DNA from: an uncultured Oscillospiraceae bacterium
Lineage (GTDB): Bacteria; Bacillota; Clostridia; Oscillospirales; Ruminococcaceae
Direction of reading: 5' to 3'
Length of the DNA: 64,000 bases
Assembly (NCBI GenBank): GCA_934448295.1
Contig: CAKSEY010000004.1
Span: 71,003-135,002, forward strand
In this document: piece by piece, positions 1-10,362 of the stretch
How the letters are laid out: the number at the start of each line of letters is the position of its first letter
Numbering within the stretch: the stretch's first letter is position 1
Notes under the pieces: model-generated
Told to the model about the DNA's origin: nothing
Seen by the model: the letters and a program-made list of their open reading frames with translations, nothing else
Databases searched by the model: none
Translations under genes and position numbers: made by a program

Positions 1-285
1 GCCGAGAGTCTGCTGATAGAGTATGTTGAACTCTGCCGTATCGTAGCTCAGCCCGTATTTCGAGAATAGATCCTCAAATCTCCGGCGGAACAGCGCCGGC
101 TTTTCGATCTCGTGCCGCTCCAGCATTTCCCAATATCCCTCGTTGATCTCGGAGTAGCTCTGCACCATTTCGTCAGTACATTCACCAAGCCCGCACACCT
201 GGAAGCACTCCTTTATCGCGGCTCTCTCTGATTTCAGGAAGTTCAGCAGAGTGCCGTCTACGTCCCATAAAATTGCTCTGTACAT
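1..285 (-). CDS. HAD-family hydrolase (partial; 3' end lies beyond window start)
   Basis: My own minus-strand translation from the ATG at 285 gives MYRAILWDVDGTLLNF..., containing HAD motif I (DxDGTL). An RBS GAGGAG lies upstream. It is absent from the ORF track because the window edge truncates it. Confidence 0.55.
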   Translation of the reverse strand, partial: MYRAILWDVDGTLLNFLKSERAAIKECFQVCGLGECTDEMVQSYSEINEGYWEMLERHEIEKPALFRRRFEDLFSKYGLSYDTAEFNILYQQTLG

Positions 286-290
286 AATCT

Positions 291-326
291 CCTCAAAAAA
301 TCAGCCGCGCGGGTTTCGGGCGGCTG
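291..326 (-). terminator. Rho-independent terminator downstream of typA
   Basis: GC stem tcagccgc/gcggctga followed by a U-tract on the minus-strand RNA, immediately after the typA stop at 336. Confidence 0.5.
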
Positions 327-335
327 ATTTTCTCT

Positions 336-2159
336 TTACTTCTTTGTCTTTGCTTCGTTCTTCAGTCTGAGGTCGCGCTCAAGAATTACCTTTCTCATGC
401 GAATGCTCTTAGGCGTAACTTCAACAAGCTCGTCGTCCTGAATGAAGTCCAGGCACTCTTCAAGGCTCATCTGCTTCGGCGGGATAAGGTGCAGCGCGTC
501 GTCAGAGCCTGAAGCACGGGTGTTGGTGAGGTGCTTCTTCTTGCAGACATTGATCACGATATCGCCCGCCTTCGGGGAAACGCCAACGATCATGCCCTCG
601 TAAACCGGAACGCCTGCGCCGATGAACAGCGTGCCTCGCTCCTGCGCGTTGAACAGACCGTATGTGATGGAGGGACCCGTTTCCCATGCAACCAGGGAAC
701 CAACGGTTCTTCTCGGGATATCGCCGAAATACGGCTTGTAGCTGTCGAACGTGGAGTTCATGATACCCTCGCCCTTGGTGTCGGTCATGAACTCGCCGCG
801 GTAACCGAACAGACCTCTGGACGGCACAAGGAACTCCAGGCGGGTGCGGTTTCCAATGGGGTGCATGGAGGTCATCTCGCCCTTGCGCTGACCCATGCTC
901 TGCATTACGGAGCCCACAGAATCAGCCGGAACGTCCACAACCAGGCGCTCGACAGGTTCGCAAAGGACTCCGTCTATCTCCTTTGTGAGAACGCGCGGCG
1001 TGCTGACGGAAAGCTCGTACCCCTCGCGGCGCATTGTCTCAATGAGAATGGACAGGTGCATTTCACCTCTGCCGGCAACGTTGAACGCGTCCAGTGTGTC
1101 ACTGTCGGAAACTCTCAGCGAAACGTCCTTCAGGGTCTCCTTCATCAGACGTTCGCGTATCTGGCGGGAGGTCACGAACTTGCCCTCTCTGCCTGCGAAC
1201 GGGCTGGTGTTTACGGAGAATGTCATTTCCACTGTCGGTTCGGAGATCTTCACGAACGGAAGCGGCTCGGGCTTGTTAACGGAGCAGATAGTCTGACCGA
1301 TGGTCACGCCCTCAATACCGGAGAAGCATACGATGTCGCCCACCATAGCCTCGTCGACCTCGACCTTGTTCAGACCCTCGAACTGGTAGAGGGAAACGAT
1401 CTTGCTCTTGAACGGAGCGGTGCGGTTGTGGTGGTCGCACACAATAACGTCCTGATTCTTGCGCATTCTGCCGCGCTCGATACGTCCGATGGCGATTCTG
1501 CCTACATAGTCGTTGTAGTCGATGGAGGAAACCAGAACCTGGAGCTCGCCGTCCGGGTCGCCCTCGGGAGCGGGTATGTGCTCGATTATCTTATCGAACA
1601 GCGGCTTGAAGTCGGTGCCCATCTGGTCGGGGTCGTAGGAGGAAAGTCCCAGCCTGCCGGAGCAGAAAATTACCGGGCTGTCTATCTGCTCTTCGGAAGC
1701 GTCCAGGTCGAGCAGAAGTTCAAGAACCTCGTCAACGACTTCCTTGTTTCTTGCGTCGGGGCGGTCGGTCTTGTTTACGACTACAATTATCTTGTGTCCC
1801 AGCTCAAGAGCCTTCTGGAGCACGAAACGGGTCTGCGGCATGGTGCCCTCAAAGGAGTCCACCAGCAGAAGAACGCCGTTTACCATCTTGAGGATACGCT
1901 CCACCTCGCCGGAGAAGTCAGCGTGACCGGGGGTGTCTACAATGTTGATTTTTACGCCGTTGTACATACAGGAGGTGTTCTTCGCAAGGATAGTGATGCC
2001 GCGCTCGCGCTCGAGAGCGTTGCTGTCCATTACGCGGTCGCTTACTACCTGATTTTCACGGAAAGCGCCGCCCTGCTTCAGCATTTCATCGACCAGGGTG
2101 GTCTTGCCGTGGTCAACGTGGGCGATTATTGCAATATTCCTTAAATCGTTTCTAACCAA
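336..2159 (-). CDS. typA: Translational GTPase TypA/BipA
   Basis: N-terminus [17 protein letters not shown] (G1 motif) and a 607-aa EF-G-like architecture typical of BipA. Confidence 0.95.
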   Translation of the reverse strand: MVRNDLRNIAIIAHVDHGKTTLVDEMLKQGGAFRENQVVSDRVMDSNALERERGITILAKNTSCMYNGVKINIVDTPGHADFSGEVERILKMVNGVLLLVDSFEGTMPQTRFVLQKALELGHKIIVVVNKTDRPDARNKEVVDEVLELLLDLDASEEQIDSPVIFCSGRLGLSSYDPDQMGTDFKPLFDKIIEHIPAPEGDPDGELQVLVSSIDYNDYVGRIAIGRIERGRMRKNQDVIVCDHHNRTAPFKSKIVSLYQFEGLNKVEVDEAMVGDIVCFSGIEGVTIGQTICSVNKPEPLPFVKISEPTVEMTFSVNTSPFAGREGKFVTSRQIRERLMKETLKDVSLRVSDSDTLDAFNVAGRGEMHLSILIETMRREGYELSVSTPRVLTKEIDGVLCEPVERLVVDVPADSVGSVMQSMGQRKGEMTSMHPIGNRTRLEFLVPSRGLFGYRGEFMTDTKGEGIMNSTFDSYKPYFGDIPRRTVGSLVAWETGPSITYGLFNAQERGTLFIGAGVPVYEGMIVGVSPKAGDIVINVCKKKHLTNTRASGSDDALHLIPPKQMSLEECLDFIQDDELVEVTPKSIRMRKVILERDLRLKNEAKTKK

Positions 2160-2299
2160 TTATCTCACATTCCTTTATATTTTAGATTTTTACATCGTCC
2201 TTTATTATACTACTTTTTTTCCCAGCATACAAGGGTGTAGACAAAAAAACGTTGTTTTAATTACAATTACCGATTATGCGAAAAGGTTTTTGTGTAAAT

Positions 2300-2336
2300 T
2301 CACAACAAAAGGAGCCGCCAATTTACGGCTCCGGGC
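2300..2336 (-). terminator. Hairpin terminator after the small DUF3006-like gene
   Basis: ggagccg...cggctcc stem followed by a T-rich tract on the minus RNA. Confidence 0.4.
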
Positions 2337-2337
2337 T

Positions 2338-2544
2338 TTATTTGAATATTCTGCGCATTTTCGCGGCGATCTGCGCGCGGCGCTGCTCCTCGGCTTCCGG
2401 GTCTGTTTCCCAGCCGGAGCCCGTGCGCCGCAGCACGCTGCCCTCGTGCACTCCGGCGGGAAGCTCCGACAGGGGTATCTCCATTTTTACTGCGCCGTCA
2501 TATGCCACTGCAATGCTTTCTTCTATACGGTCTACAATGATCAT
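2338..2544 (-). CDS. Small DUF3006-like protein
   Basis: 68-aa ORF overlapping the upstream MBL hydrolase gene by 4 nt (ATGA). This size and pairing with a ComEC-like MBL gene is typical of DUF3006 proteins; the assignment is from recollection, not a search. Confidence 0.5.
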   Translation of the reverse strand: MIIVDRIEESIAVAYDGAVKMEIPLSELPAGVHEGSVLRRTGSGWETDPEAEEQRRAQIAAKMRRIFK

Positions 2545-3545
2545 GCCGCTTCCTCCGTGCGGAAATCTCCCTCGCCGCTGTCAGAATAAATGCGGAGCCC
2601 TTCCCCGTTGCTGACAAATACGATGTTTCCGTTTTCCATGGTCGTCATTATTTTCGCGCCGATTTTCGTCAGTCTGTCGAGCACAGCCTGCTTCGGGTGA
2701 CCGTAGGAATTGTCCTTCCCAACGCAGATGACCGCATATTCCGGGGAAACAGCCTGAATAAAATCAGTGGTGCTTGACGAGGTGCTTCCATGGTGCCCGA
2801 CTTTCAGCACGTTGCTGCGGATATATTCCCCGCTGTTCAGGATATCGTTTTCTGCGGCGCGTTCGATGTCCCCAGTGAAAAGAAACGACTCTTCGCCGTG
2901 AACCAGCCGGCAGACTATCGAAAAGTTATTCAGATCGGAGTAATCATCATGCACCGGCGCGAGTAATTGCAGCTCGGCGCCGTTTCCAAGGGGGATCGTG
3001 CTTCCCGTCCGGGAATATTCCGCGTCTATTTTTTTCTGGGTGATAACGTCAAGCATACGCTCGAAATTCTTCGTCATGGGGAGAATGGAATCCGGTATTT
3101 CCGGCATAATTACCTTGCCGACCGTGAATTTATCCAGCACGTCGGCCATGCCGCCGATGTGATCCTCATGCGGGTGGGAGGCTATCACATAATCCAGCCT
3201 GCGTATACCAAGGCTGCTGATGTAGTTTATCACGCGGTTGGAGAATATCGCCTCGCCCGTATCAATGAGCACCCGGGTGTCCCCGGCGACTATCAGCTCG
3301 CAGTCCCCCTGCTCTACGTCAATGTAATGCACGGATATTTCTCCGTCCGCCGTGGTTACTGTGGTATTCCTGCCGGTAAGCATTGCGGCAAGCTCCGCAG
3401 AGGTCGGGATAAACTCCAGCTTGAAAATCTCTTCGTTAAGGTAGATCCCAAGGGAGAACACGAAAAAGACCGTGAATATTACCAGGAAAACCTTAGCTGC
3501 GGCGCTTTCCCGGGGATTTTTTCGGCTTTGCCGTTTGTCTGCCAT
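2541..3545 (-). CDS. MBL-fold metallo-hydrolase, ComEC C-terminal-domain-like, membrane-anchored
   Basis: N-terminal TM helix (VFLVIFTVFFVFSLGIY) and HxHxDH metallo-beta-lactamase motif (HPHEDHIGG), similar to the ComEC/Rec2 lactamase_B domain. Confidence 0.8.
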   Translation of the reverse strand: MADKRQSRKNPRESAAAKVFLVIFTVFFVFSLGIYLNEEIFKLEFIPTSAELAAMLTGRNTTVTTADGEISVHYIDVEQGDCELIVAGDTRVLIDTGEAIFSNRVINYISSLGIRRLDYVIASHPHEDHIGGMADVLDKFTVGKVIMPEIPDSILPMTKNFERMLDVITQKKIDAEYSRTGSTIPLGNGAELQLLAPVHDDYSDLNNFSIVCRLVHGEESFLFTGDIERAAENDILNSGEYIRSNVLKVGHHGSTSSSTTDFIQAVSPEYAVICVGKDNSYGHPKQAVLDRLTKIGAKIMTTMENGNIVFVSNGEGLRIYSDSGEGDFRTEEAA

Positions 3546-5430
3546 TCACGCTCCCCCTTTCCCTGTTGAGGTTCTGATTCTGACCGCGCTGCGCGGAATT
3601 CCTCTGCGGCGCCTTTCCGCCGGAATACGCGTTCCTCTGGCGGCTGTGGTCAGAGGGAGATATCAGGCACTCCCTGCCGGTTCCGATAAGCTCGCGGTGC
3701 TTTGTCATTATCAGCGCCTTTTCCACGATATCGTGGTTTTCCGGCTTGAAGTACTGGAGCAGCGCCCTCTGCATACGCTTTTCCTCGGGTGTGCGCGGCA
3801 CGAATACCGGCTCCATTGTGTAGGGGTCAAGCCCCGTCCAGAACATTGCGGTGGAAATCGTTCCCGGGGTCGGGTAGAAGTCCTGAACCTGTTCCGGGCG
3901 AATATTGTGCTTTTTCAGGAATATCGCAAGCTGCACCGCCTCTTCAAGAGTACAGCCCGGGTGGCTGGACATAAGGTACGGCACAAGATACTGCTCCTTG
4001 CCGCACTTTTTGGTCGCCGCATAGAAGCGCTTCTCAAACTCCTCGTAAAGCTCGATATGAGGCTTGCCCATCTTGTCCAGCACCTTGTTGCTGGCGTGCT
4101 CCGGCGCAACCTTAAGCTGACCGCTCACATGGTGCTCCACAAGCTCCTCCAGGAATTCGTTGCTCTTGTCCTGGAGCATATAGTCGTAGCGTATTCCCGA
4201 GCGGATAAACACCTTCTTCACCTTTTTTATCGAGCGGAGTCTGCGCAGAAGGTGGATATAATCGCTGTGGTCGGCTATGAGATTCTTGCAGGGAGTGGGC
4301 GCAAGGCACTTTTTCCCCTTGCACATTCCGTATTTTTCCTGCTTTTCGCAGGAGGGGTGACGGAAGTTCGCGGTGGGGCCTCCCACATCGTGGATATAGC
4401 CCTTGAAGCGCGGATTTTCCGAGAGCTTCACCGCTTCCTCGTAGACGGAATCTTCGCTGCGGGTCTGTATCCTGCGCCCCTGGTGGAGCGCTATCGAACA
4501 GAAGTTGCAGAAACCGAAGCAGCCGCGGTTGTGGGTTATCGAGAACTCCACCTCCTGGATAGCGGGAACACCGCCCTCCTTTTCGTACATGGGGTGGTAC
4601 ATTCTCATGTACGGCAGCTCGTAGGTCCTGTCGAATTCTGCCTGGGTAACGCTGCGCTGAGGCGGATTCTGAACCAGCATCATATTCCCGTGGCGCTGTA
4701 CTATCGTCCTGCCGTAAACCTCATCCTGCTCGTCGTACTGCTTGCGGCAGGACTTTGCGTAGGCTTTCTTGTTGTCGCGGACTATCTCAAAGCTGTCACA
4801 CTGTACCGCGCCTATCGGGGTGTTTTCCGGCTCGGTGAGGTAGCAGACGCCGCGCAGGTCGTGCATATCCTTAAGGTGCAGACCCGCCTTGAAGTTGTTC
4901 AGCATCTGGGTCAGCGTGACCTCCCCCATGCCGAACATCAGGTAATCCGCGCCGGTGCTGACAAGAACGGACGGCATAACGCTGTCGCTCCAATAGTCGT
5001 AGTGCGCAAACCTGCGGAGGGAAGCCTCCAGTCCGCCGATGGAAATTTCCACGTCAGGATAAAGGCGCTTCAGATTCTGGCAGTAGACGGTGAGCGCCCT
5101 GTCGGGACGTCTGCCGCCCTTTCCTCCCGGGGAATAGGCGTCGTCGTAGCGCTTTTTCAGCGCCACCGTATAGTTCGACACCATGCTGTCGATGTTCCCC
5201 CCGGTCACCATGAAGCAGTACTTCGGCTTACCGAGTTTCATGTAATCAGCGTCGCAGAGCGGCTGCGCGATAACTCCCACGGTAAAGCCGGCGGCTTCTA
5301 TCATTCGCGAGATTATCGCGATACCGAACGTGGGGTGGTCGATATATGCGTCGCCGGTAAAGCAGATGAAATCAAGCTGCTCTATCCCGCGTTCTTTCAT
5401 GTCCTCTCTGCTGACGGGTAAAAATGGCAT
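3493..5430 (-). CDS. ygiQ: YgiQ-family radical SAM protein (UPF0313)
   Basis: Radical-SAM cysteine cluster CFGFCNFC, N-terminus MPFLPVSREDM...FICFTGDAYIDHPTFG typical of YgiQ, and a basic C-terminal tail. RBS GAGAGGAAA. Confidence 0.85.
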   Translation of the reverse strand: MPFLPVSREDMKERGIEQLDFICFTGDAYIDHPTFGIAIISRMIEAAGFTVGVIAQPLCDADYMKLGKPKYCFMVTGGNIDSMVSNYTVALKKRYDDAYSPGGKGGRRPDRALTVYCQNLKRLYPDVEISIGGLEASLRRFAHYDYWSDSVMPSVLVSTGADYLMFGMGEVTLTQMLNNFKAGLHLKDMHDLRGVCYLTEPENTPIGAVQCDSFEIVRDNKKAYAKSCRKQYDEQDEVYGRTIVQRHGNMMLVQNPPQRSVTQAEFDRTYELPYMRMYHPMYEKEGGVPAIQEVEFSITHNRGCFGFCNFCSIALHQGRRIQTRSEDSVYEEAVKLSENPRFKGYIHDVGGPTANFRHPSCEKQEKYGMCKGKKCLAPTPCKNLIADHSDYIHLLRRLRSIKKVKKVFIRSGIRYDYMLQDKSNEFLEELVEHHVSGQLKVAPEHASNKVLDKMGKPHIELYEEFEKRFYAATKKCGKEQYLVPYLMSSHPGCTLEEAVQLAIFLKKHNIRPEQVQDFYPTPGTISTAMFWTGLDPYTMEPVFVPRTPEEKRMQRALLQYFKPENHDIVEKALIMTKHRELIGTGRECLISPSDHSRQRNAYSGGKAPQRNSAQRGQNQNLNRERGSVNGRQTAKPKKSPGKRRS

Positions 5431-5447
5431 TTTGTGTTTCCTCTCAA

Positions 5448-8267
5448 TTATCTTTGCTGGAGCTTTCTTTCAGCCCATTCCTGCTTGGTCATGAGCACCT
5501 GACGGGGCTTGCTGCCCTCCAGCGGGCCGACTATGCCCATTTCCTCCATTATATCAACAAGCCTTGCGGCTCTGCCGTAGCCTAGTTTCAGACGGCGCTG
5601 GAGCGAGGACGTGCTGCACGTCCCGGATTCGATAACGAAATCTATCGCGTCCTCCAGGCGCTCGTCGCTCATGTCGATATCGCCGCTGTCAGAGCCCCGG
5701 CTGTCCTTATCCTGCGCGGAGGCGACCATCTCGGTCTGGCGCTCGACTTCCTCCATGACAAGCTCGTCATATTCAGCCTGGAATGTCTGCTTGATGAACT
5801 CGACGGTGCGCTCGACCTCCTTGTCGGAAACGAAGCAGCCCTGTACGCGCTGGGCTTTAGGCATTCCCACCGGCATATACAGCATATCGCCGTTGCCCAG
5901 GAGCTTTTCCGCGCCGCTGGAATCCAGAATTACGCGGCTGTCCGTCTGGGAAGCCACCATCAGCGCGATTCGGCTAGGGATATTCGCCTTGATAAGTCCG
6001 GTTACGACATTTACTGTCGGGCGCTGCGTTGCAATGACAAGGTGCATTCCGGCGGCTCTCGCCATCTGCGCCAGGCGGACAATGCTGTCTTCTACGTCCT
6101 TCGGAGAAGCCATCATGAGGTCGGCAAGCTCGTCTATGAAGATCACGATGTGCGACATCTTTTTCAGTCCGCTGTCCGGGTCGGCGGCGAGTTCGTTGAA
6201 GCCGGTGAAATCGCGGACGTTGTTCTCCGAGAACATGCGGTAGCGGTTAAGCATTTCGTTGACCGCCCATGCCAGCGCGCCAGCCGCCTTTTTCGGGTCG
6301 GTGACTACCGGAATCAGCAGGTGCGGGATCCCGTTGTACATCATGAACTCAACCTTTTTCGGGTCTACCATTATCAGGCGCACGTCCTGCGGGGTGGACT
6401 TCATGAGTATGCTCATGATGATAGAATTTACGCAAACCGACTTACCGGAGCCTGTGGTTCCGGCTATGAGCAGGTGCGGCATTTTCGCGATGTTACAAGT
6501 GACTGTCGCGCCGCTGATGTCCTTACCGAGAACGGTTTCAAGCTTCTTGTCGAAGCTCTTTTTGAAGTCCGGAGTATCCACCAGCTCGCGGAAATAAACT
6601 GTATCGCGCGCTTTGTTCGGAACCTCGATTCCCACTGCGGATTTGTTCGGGATAGGGGCTTCGATACGAACCCCCGCCGAAGCGAGATTCAGCGCGATAT
6701 CGTCCTGGAGCCCGGTTATCTTTGAGATTTTTACTCCGGGCGCTGGCTGTAACTCATACCGTGTTACGGACGGGCCGCGGCTCACGCCGACAAGCTTTGT
6801 CTGGACGCCGAAGCTCTGGAGGGCTTCCACAAGTTTCTTGGAGTTCCTGTCTATTTCGCTGTCGATATCCGCCTGGGAAAGCTTCTTCTGCACCGGATTC
6901 AGCAGGCTGACCGGCGGCAGGGTGTACACGTCGCTGAACGTAAGCTCCTCCGGAGCGGGCTTTTTGAACGGCATCTGCGGCTTCTGGGCGGAAGATTCGG
7001 TGAACCTGCCGTCCGGGCGCGGGACTTCGATTATTTCTGGCTTCTGCGGCGCGGGAGATTCTGCGGGCGACCCTGTTTCTGCCGAAACCGCCGGTTCCTG
7101 CGGATCGTCAACCACATCATCCAGGTCGAACGGAAGCTCGCTTTCATCGGAGCTTGTGACGGTATTTTCCGGCAGATCCTCTATCCTGCTTATGGGAGCC
7201 TTTTCCTGCTCCTCCTCCCTGAAGCTGTGGATCGCGTCAAGCACCGGGACAAGCTCGGCTTTTTCGTCTATCAGCGGGTCTTTTGCCTGCTTTTCCGCTT
7301 CCTCGATCACGGCGCGGTTCTTTTCCATTATGTAGCCCTTGAGCTCCTCTATGTAGTCCTTGGTATCCTCGTGCTGTTCCTCCATGAGCTTCTGCTCCGG
7401 CTCTTCGGGCGCGGGGACTTCCTGCTGCTCCTCAGGTATTATCTCGGGCTCCGGCTCGTCAACGCTGAAAACGGCTTTCTTAAGCTCCGCGACGGTGCGC
7501 TTGTCCTCCTGCTCGGCGTTGATTTCCGCCTGGATACGGTCAAGCTCGTCCTTTTCAAGCTCAAACTGCTCGGCGGCAAGACGGTTTTCCTCCTTTACGC
7601 GGCGGTGGTGTTCCACCGCTTTCTGCTTTGCAGTGGAAACCGGCTCGGACACTTTTCTTGTAAAATCGGCAACGGTTATCCCGCTGAATATCATCACGCA
7701 GGCGAGTATCAGCAGAACAATAATGATGGAAGCACCCAGTCTGCCCAGAAGCAGCAGAAGCCCGCCGATGAACAGCGCGAAAACTCCGCCGCCGTGGAAC
7801 TCCTTTCCGTCCTTGTAGAGATTCGCAATGACCTCGCCGAGATTTTCGCCGGGAGTTTCACCAACAAAGAAAATCTGCACGGCGGCGCACAGGAGCAGGA
7901 TCCCTGCGGCGCTCATTCCGATGTCCTTTGCAAGCTTCGGGTCGTCCCTGTTTGCGGAAAGCCGCACCGCGACAAAGATTATCAGCGGCCCCACCAGAAA
8001 GGCGGAATACCCGAATACTCCGTGCATAAAATCGAAGAACGCGCGCCAGCCTTCGCCCTCCCCCGCAGGAATCACCGCCGCCAGGGTCAGGAGTATTCCC
8101 ACGGCGAACATAATAACGGTGGCAATGTGACGGCGGCGCAGGCTTCGGCGGATTGCCTCCTCGCGCTGGCGCTGGAGCTCCGCTTCAAGGGATTTTTTCG
8201 AGGGTCTGGAGCGCCCGGCGCTTCCGGCGTTTTTTCCGGAGCGGGTGCTTGTATTTTTCTCAGCCAT
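5448..8267 (-). CDS. ftsK: DNA translocase FtsK/SpoIIIE
   Basis: N-terminal multi-TM region, an acidic Glu/Pro-rich linker, Walker A GTTGSGKS, and a C-terminal gamma (KOPS-recognition) domain ending ...RAARLVDIMEEMGIVGP. Confidence 0.9.
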   Translation of the reverse strand: MAEKNTSTRSGKNAGSAGRSRPSKKSLEAELQRQREEAIRRSLRRRHIATVIMFAVGILLTLAAVIPAGEGEGWRAFFDFMHGVFGYSAFLVGPLIIFVAVRLSANRDDPKLAKDIGMSAAGILLLCAAVQIFFVGETPGENLGEVIANLYKDGKEFHGGGVFALFIGGLLLLLGRLGASIIIVLLILACVMIFSGITVADFTRKVSEPVSTAKQKAVEHHRRVKEENRLAAEQFELEKDELDRIQAEINAEQEDKRTVAELKKAVFSVDEPEPEIIPEEQQEVPAPEEPEQKLMEEQHEDTKDYIEELKGYIMEKNRAVIEEAEKQAKDPLIDEKAELVPVLDAIHSFREEEQEKAPISRIEDLPENTVTSSDESELPFDLDDVVDDPQEPAVSAETGSPAESPAPQKPEIIEVPRPDGRFTESSAQKPQMPFKKPAPEELTFSDVYTLPPVSLLNPVQKKLSQADIDSEIDRNSKKLVEALQSFGVQTKLVGVSRGPSVTRYELQPAPGVKISKITGLQDDIALNLASAGVRIEAPIPNKSAVGIEVPNKARDTVYFRELVDTPDFKKSFDKKLETVLGKDISGATVTCNIAKMPHLLIAGTTGSGKSVCVNSIIMSILMKSTPQDVRLIMVDPKKVEFMMYNGIPHLLIPVVTDPKKAAGALAWAVNEMLNRYRMFSENNVRDFTGFNELAADPDSGLKKMSHIVIFIDELADLMMASPKDVEDSIVRLAQMARAAGMHLVIATQRPTVNVVTGLIKANIPSRIALMVASQTDSRVILDSSGAEKLLGNGDMLYMPVGMPKAQRVQGCFVSDKEVERTVEFIKQTFQAEYDELVMEEVERQTEMVASAQDKDSRGSDSGDIDMSDERLEDAIDFVIESGTCSTSSLQRRLKLGYGRAARLVDIMEEMGIVGPLEGSKPRQVLMTKQEWAERKLQQR

Positions 8268-8296
8268 TATATCTGACTTCCTTTTCAGTAGTTATA

Positions 8297-9169
8297 TCAA
8301 CCCGTAATAAGGGACATGAGCGTGTTCCCGGTGATGTGCTCCCACATTCCCGCCGCAACGCAGAGAACGCCGAGCACTGCCGTGTATATCCCGAAAATCT
8401 TGTAGCGGTCGCGCTTTACGAGCCAGCTTACAAGCTTTATCGATAGGATACCGACAACGGCGGAAATGATGAATCCCAGCCCGAGCATGAGCCAGTCCAG
8501 CTCCATATCGGATTTCAGCGCGTCGCCGATTTCCAGCACGCTTCCGCCGAGTATCGCGGGAATACCCAGAATAAACGCGAACGTTACAGCGGTCTGCTTT
8601 TCCAGCCCGGAGAGAAGCCCGCCGGCGGTGGTGGAGCCGCTCCTTGAAACCCCGGGGAACAGCGCTACTACCTGGAAAAGTCCCACCGTAACGGCGTCCT
8701 TTACCGTCATCTGCTCAGCGGTGCGTGTTCCGTGCCCAAATTTGTCGGAAAGGAACAGCAGAAGCGCCGTGAACATAAACGCCACGCCCTCGAATACGAT
8801 GTCCCCGTCGCCCTGGCGCGCCGTGAAGAAATCCTGCACGAAATAGAACGGCACCAGAATTACCGTAGCGATGATCACCATAAACATCATGCGGCGGTTT
8901 CCGTTCATGTTCTTCCAGGAAAATTTCCCGGTGAAGATATCGCGGATGGTCAGGAAGAACTCCTTTATCATGCCCCAGATAGTCCCCCAGAACGCGATGA
9001 ACACCGCCAGAAGAGTTCCCAGATGCAGCACCAGCGAAAGGATCAGCGCCGCCTCTCCGTCAACGCCCGTGATGTGCTGAACAACCGAAAGATGTCCCGA
9101 GCTTGAAACCGGCAGGAACTCCGTAAGCCCCTGGACTACCGCCTGAATTATTACTGTTAGTATGTCCAT
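8297..9169 (-). CDS. uppP: Undecaprenyl-diphosphatase
   Basis: BacA/UppP N-terminus MDILTVIIQAVVQGLTEFLPVSSSGHL; polytopic membrane protein. Confidence 0.9.
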   Translation of the reverse strand: MDILTVIIQAVVQGLTEFLPVSSSGHLSVVQHITGVDGEAALILSLVLHLGTLLAVFIAFWGTIWGMIKEFFLTIRDIFTGKFSWKNMNGNRRMMFMVIIATVILVPFYFVQDFFTARQGDGDIVFEGVAFMFTALLLFLSDKFGHGTRTAEQMTVKDAVTVGLFQVVALFPGVSRSGSTTAGGLLSGLEKQTAVTFAFILGIPAILGGSVLEIGDALKSDMELDWLMLGLGFIISAVVGILSIKLVSWLVKRDRYKIFGIYTAVLGVLCVAAGMWEHITGNTLMSLITG

Positions 9170-9218
9170 ATTTTCCCCTTATGTATCTGTTATGTAATCC
9201 GCCCGAGGGCGGTCCGTA

Positions 9219-10115
9219 TCATCTTGTGCCGCGCCAGTCGGCGGAATTAAGCCGCTCGTCCCGGGCTATGCTCTCGGCTGTCGGATGGGTCGCCCTGACC
9301 TGGAGCACCGCGTTTTTCTTTTTGGAGCCCTTTTCCTCGGCGCCGTCCGATTTTGACTTCTTTGCCGTCTGCTTTTTTCCGGAGCCGGAGTGCTTTTTCG
9401 GCTTCTGCTCCTTTTTCTCCGGGAAATTTTCCGCCCGCTTTTCTATGAGGGAATACAGGCACTCCACCGCGTCCGCCAGCCCGCCGAGGTGGTCGATAAG
9501 CCCCTCCTTCACCGCGTCCGCGCCCTCGAGAACCGTGCCGATATCCATTACCAGCTCGTCCTTTTCCATCATCAGCTCGTGGAAGCGCTCCGGGGTCATG
9601 CGGCTGTTGGTGGTGACGAAGCGGGTTATGCGCTCCTGCATTTTTTCAAACCACGACATGGTCTGCGGAACTCCCAGCACCATGCCGTTCGTGCGCACCG
9701 GGTGTATCGTCATGGTGGCTGACGGCACTATGAAGCTCACGTCCGCGCTGACCGCAAGCGGAACTCCTATTGAATGTCCGCCGCCGACAACTATTGAAAC
9801 GGTAGGCTTCGACATTCCCGCGATAAGCTCGGAAATAGCAAGCCCCGCCTCCACGTCGCCGCCCACCGTGTTCAAGACTACCATCAGTCCCTCTACGGTG
9901 CTGTCCTGCTCAATAGCTGCAAGCGCCGGGATAATGTGCTCGTACTTCGTGGTCTTGTTCTGCGGCGGGAGGATATAGTGCCCCTCAATCTGACCGATTA
10001 TCGACAGGCAGTGTATGTTGTGCGGCGCGTTCCCGGTCGCGATTATTCCGTTGTCGATTATCTGCTGGTTCTGTTCCTCGGTGAACGGAGCTTCGTTGTT
10101 GTTTTCTTCGCTCAT
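9219..10115 (-). CDS. ClpP-family serine protease-like protein (TepA/YmfB-like), with a Lys-rich C-terminal tail
   Basis: ClpP-like core ([42 protein letters not shown]) followed by a KK-rich, low-complexity ~60-aa tail. Confidence 0.7.
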   Translation of the reverse strand: MSEENNNEAPFTEEQNQQIIDNGIIATGNAPHNIHCLSIIGQIEGHYILPPQNKTTKYEHIIPALAAIEQDSTVEGLMVVLNTVGGDVEAGLAISELIAGMSKPTVSIVVGGGHSIGVPLAVSADVSFIVPSATMTIHPVRTNGMVLGVPQTMSWFEKMQERITRFVTTNSRMTPERFHELMMEKDELVMDIGTVLEGADAVKEGLIDHLGGLADAVECLYSLIEKRAENFPEKKEQKPKKHSGSGKKQTAKKSKSDGAEEKGSKKKNAVLQVRATHPTAESIARDERLNSADWRGTR

Positions 10116-10362
10116 TGCTGTTCCTCCTGAAAAATGTGTTTGTATATATTATTTCAGGGCGGGGCGGAATTATGCAGAAAATTTCCAGCCGGATTTATAG
10201 CAGTACAATATTATTATATCACAATCCCTCGCTAAAATCAAATGTTTTTTGGCGCATTTTATGTCGTGGGAGAAATTTTCGTACAACTTATCATACGACC
10301 CTGTGAACAAGCATATACTGCTGGTGAAAAGCAATATCATCACACCCGTGAAGGAGGAAACA

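Noticed and set aside
531-2144. 537-aa plus-strand ORF fully antisense to typA
   Set aside because: High-GC antisense artefact. The opposite strand encodes a near-perfect TypA/BipA with G-motifs, and the antisense translation is low-complexity (Ala/Arg/Gly/Val-rich) with no motifs.
3472-5421. 649-aa plus-strand ORF antisense to the YgiQ radical SAM gene
   Set aside because: Same reason. YgiQ on the minus strand has the CxxxCxxC cluster and an RBS; the antisense ORF has Arg/Leu/Ala-rich composition and no recognisable domain.
7227-8276. 349-aa plus-strand ORF (and several others at 5611-7818) antisense to ftsK
   Set aside because: Antisense to a well-supported FtsK ORF. Leu/Arg-rich artefact typical of GC-rich coding DNA.
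10249-10362. Upstream start for the sipL-like ORF at 10249
   Set aside because: No RBS, whereas the ATG at 10363 is preceded by GGAGGAAACA. The extra 38 residues are not hydrophobic or conserved-looking.
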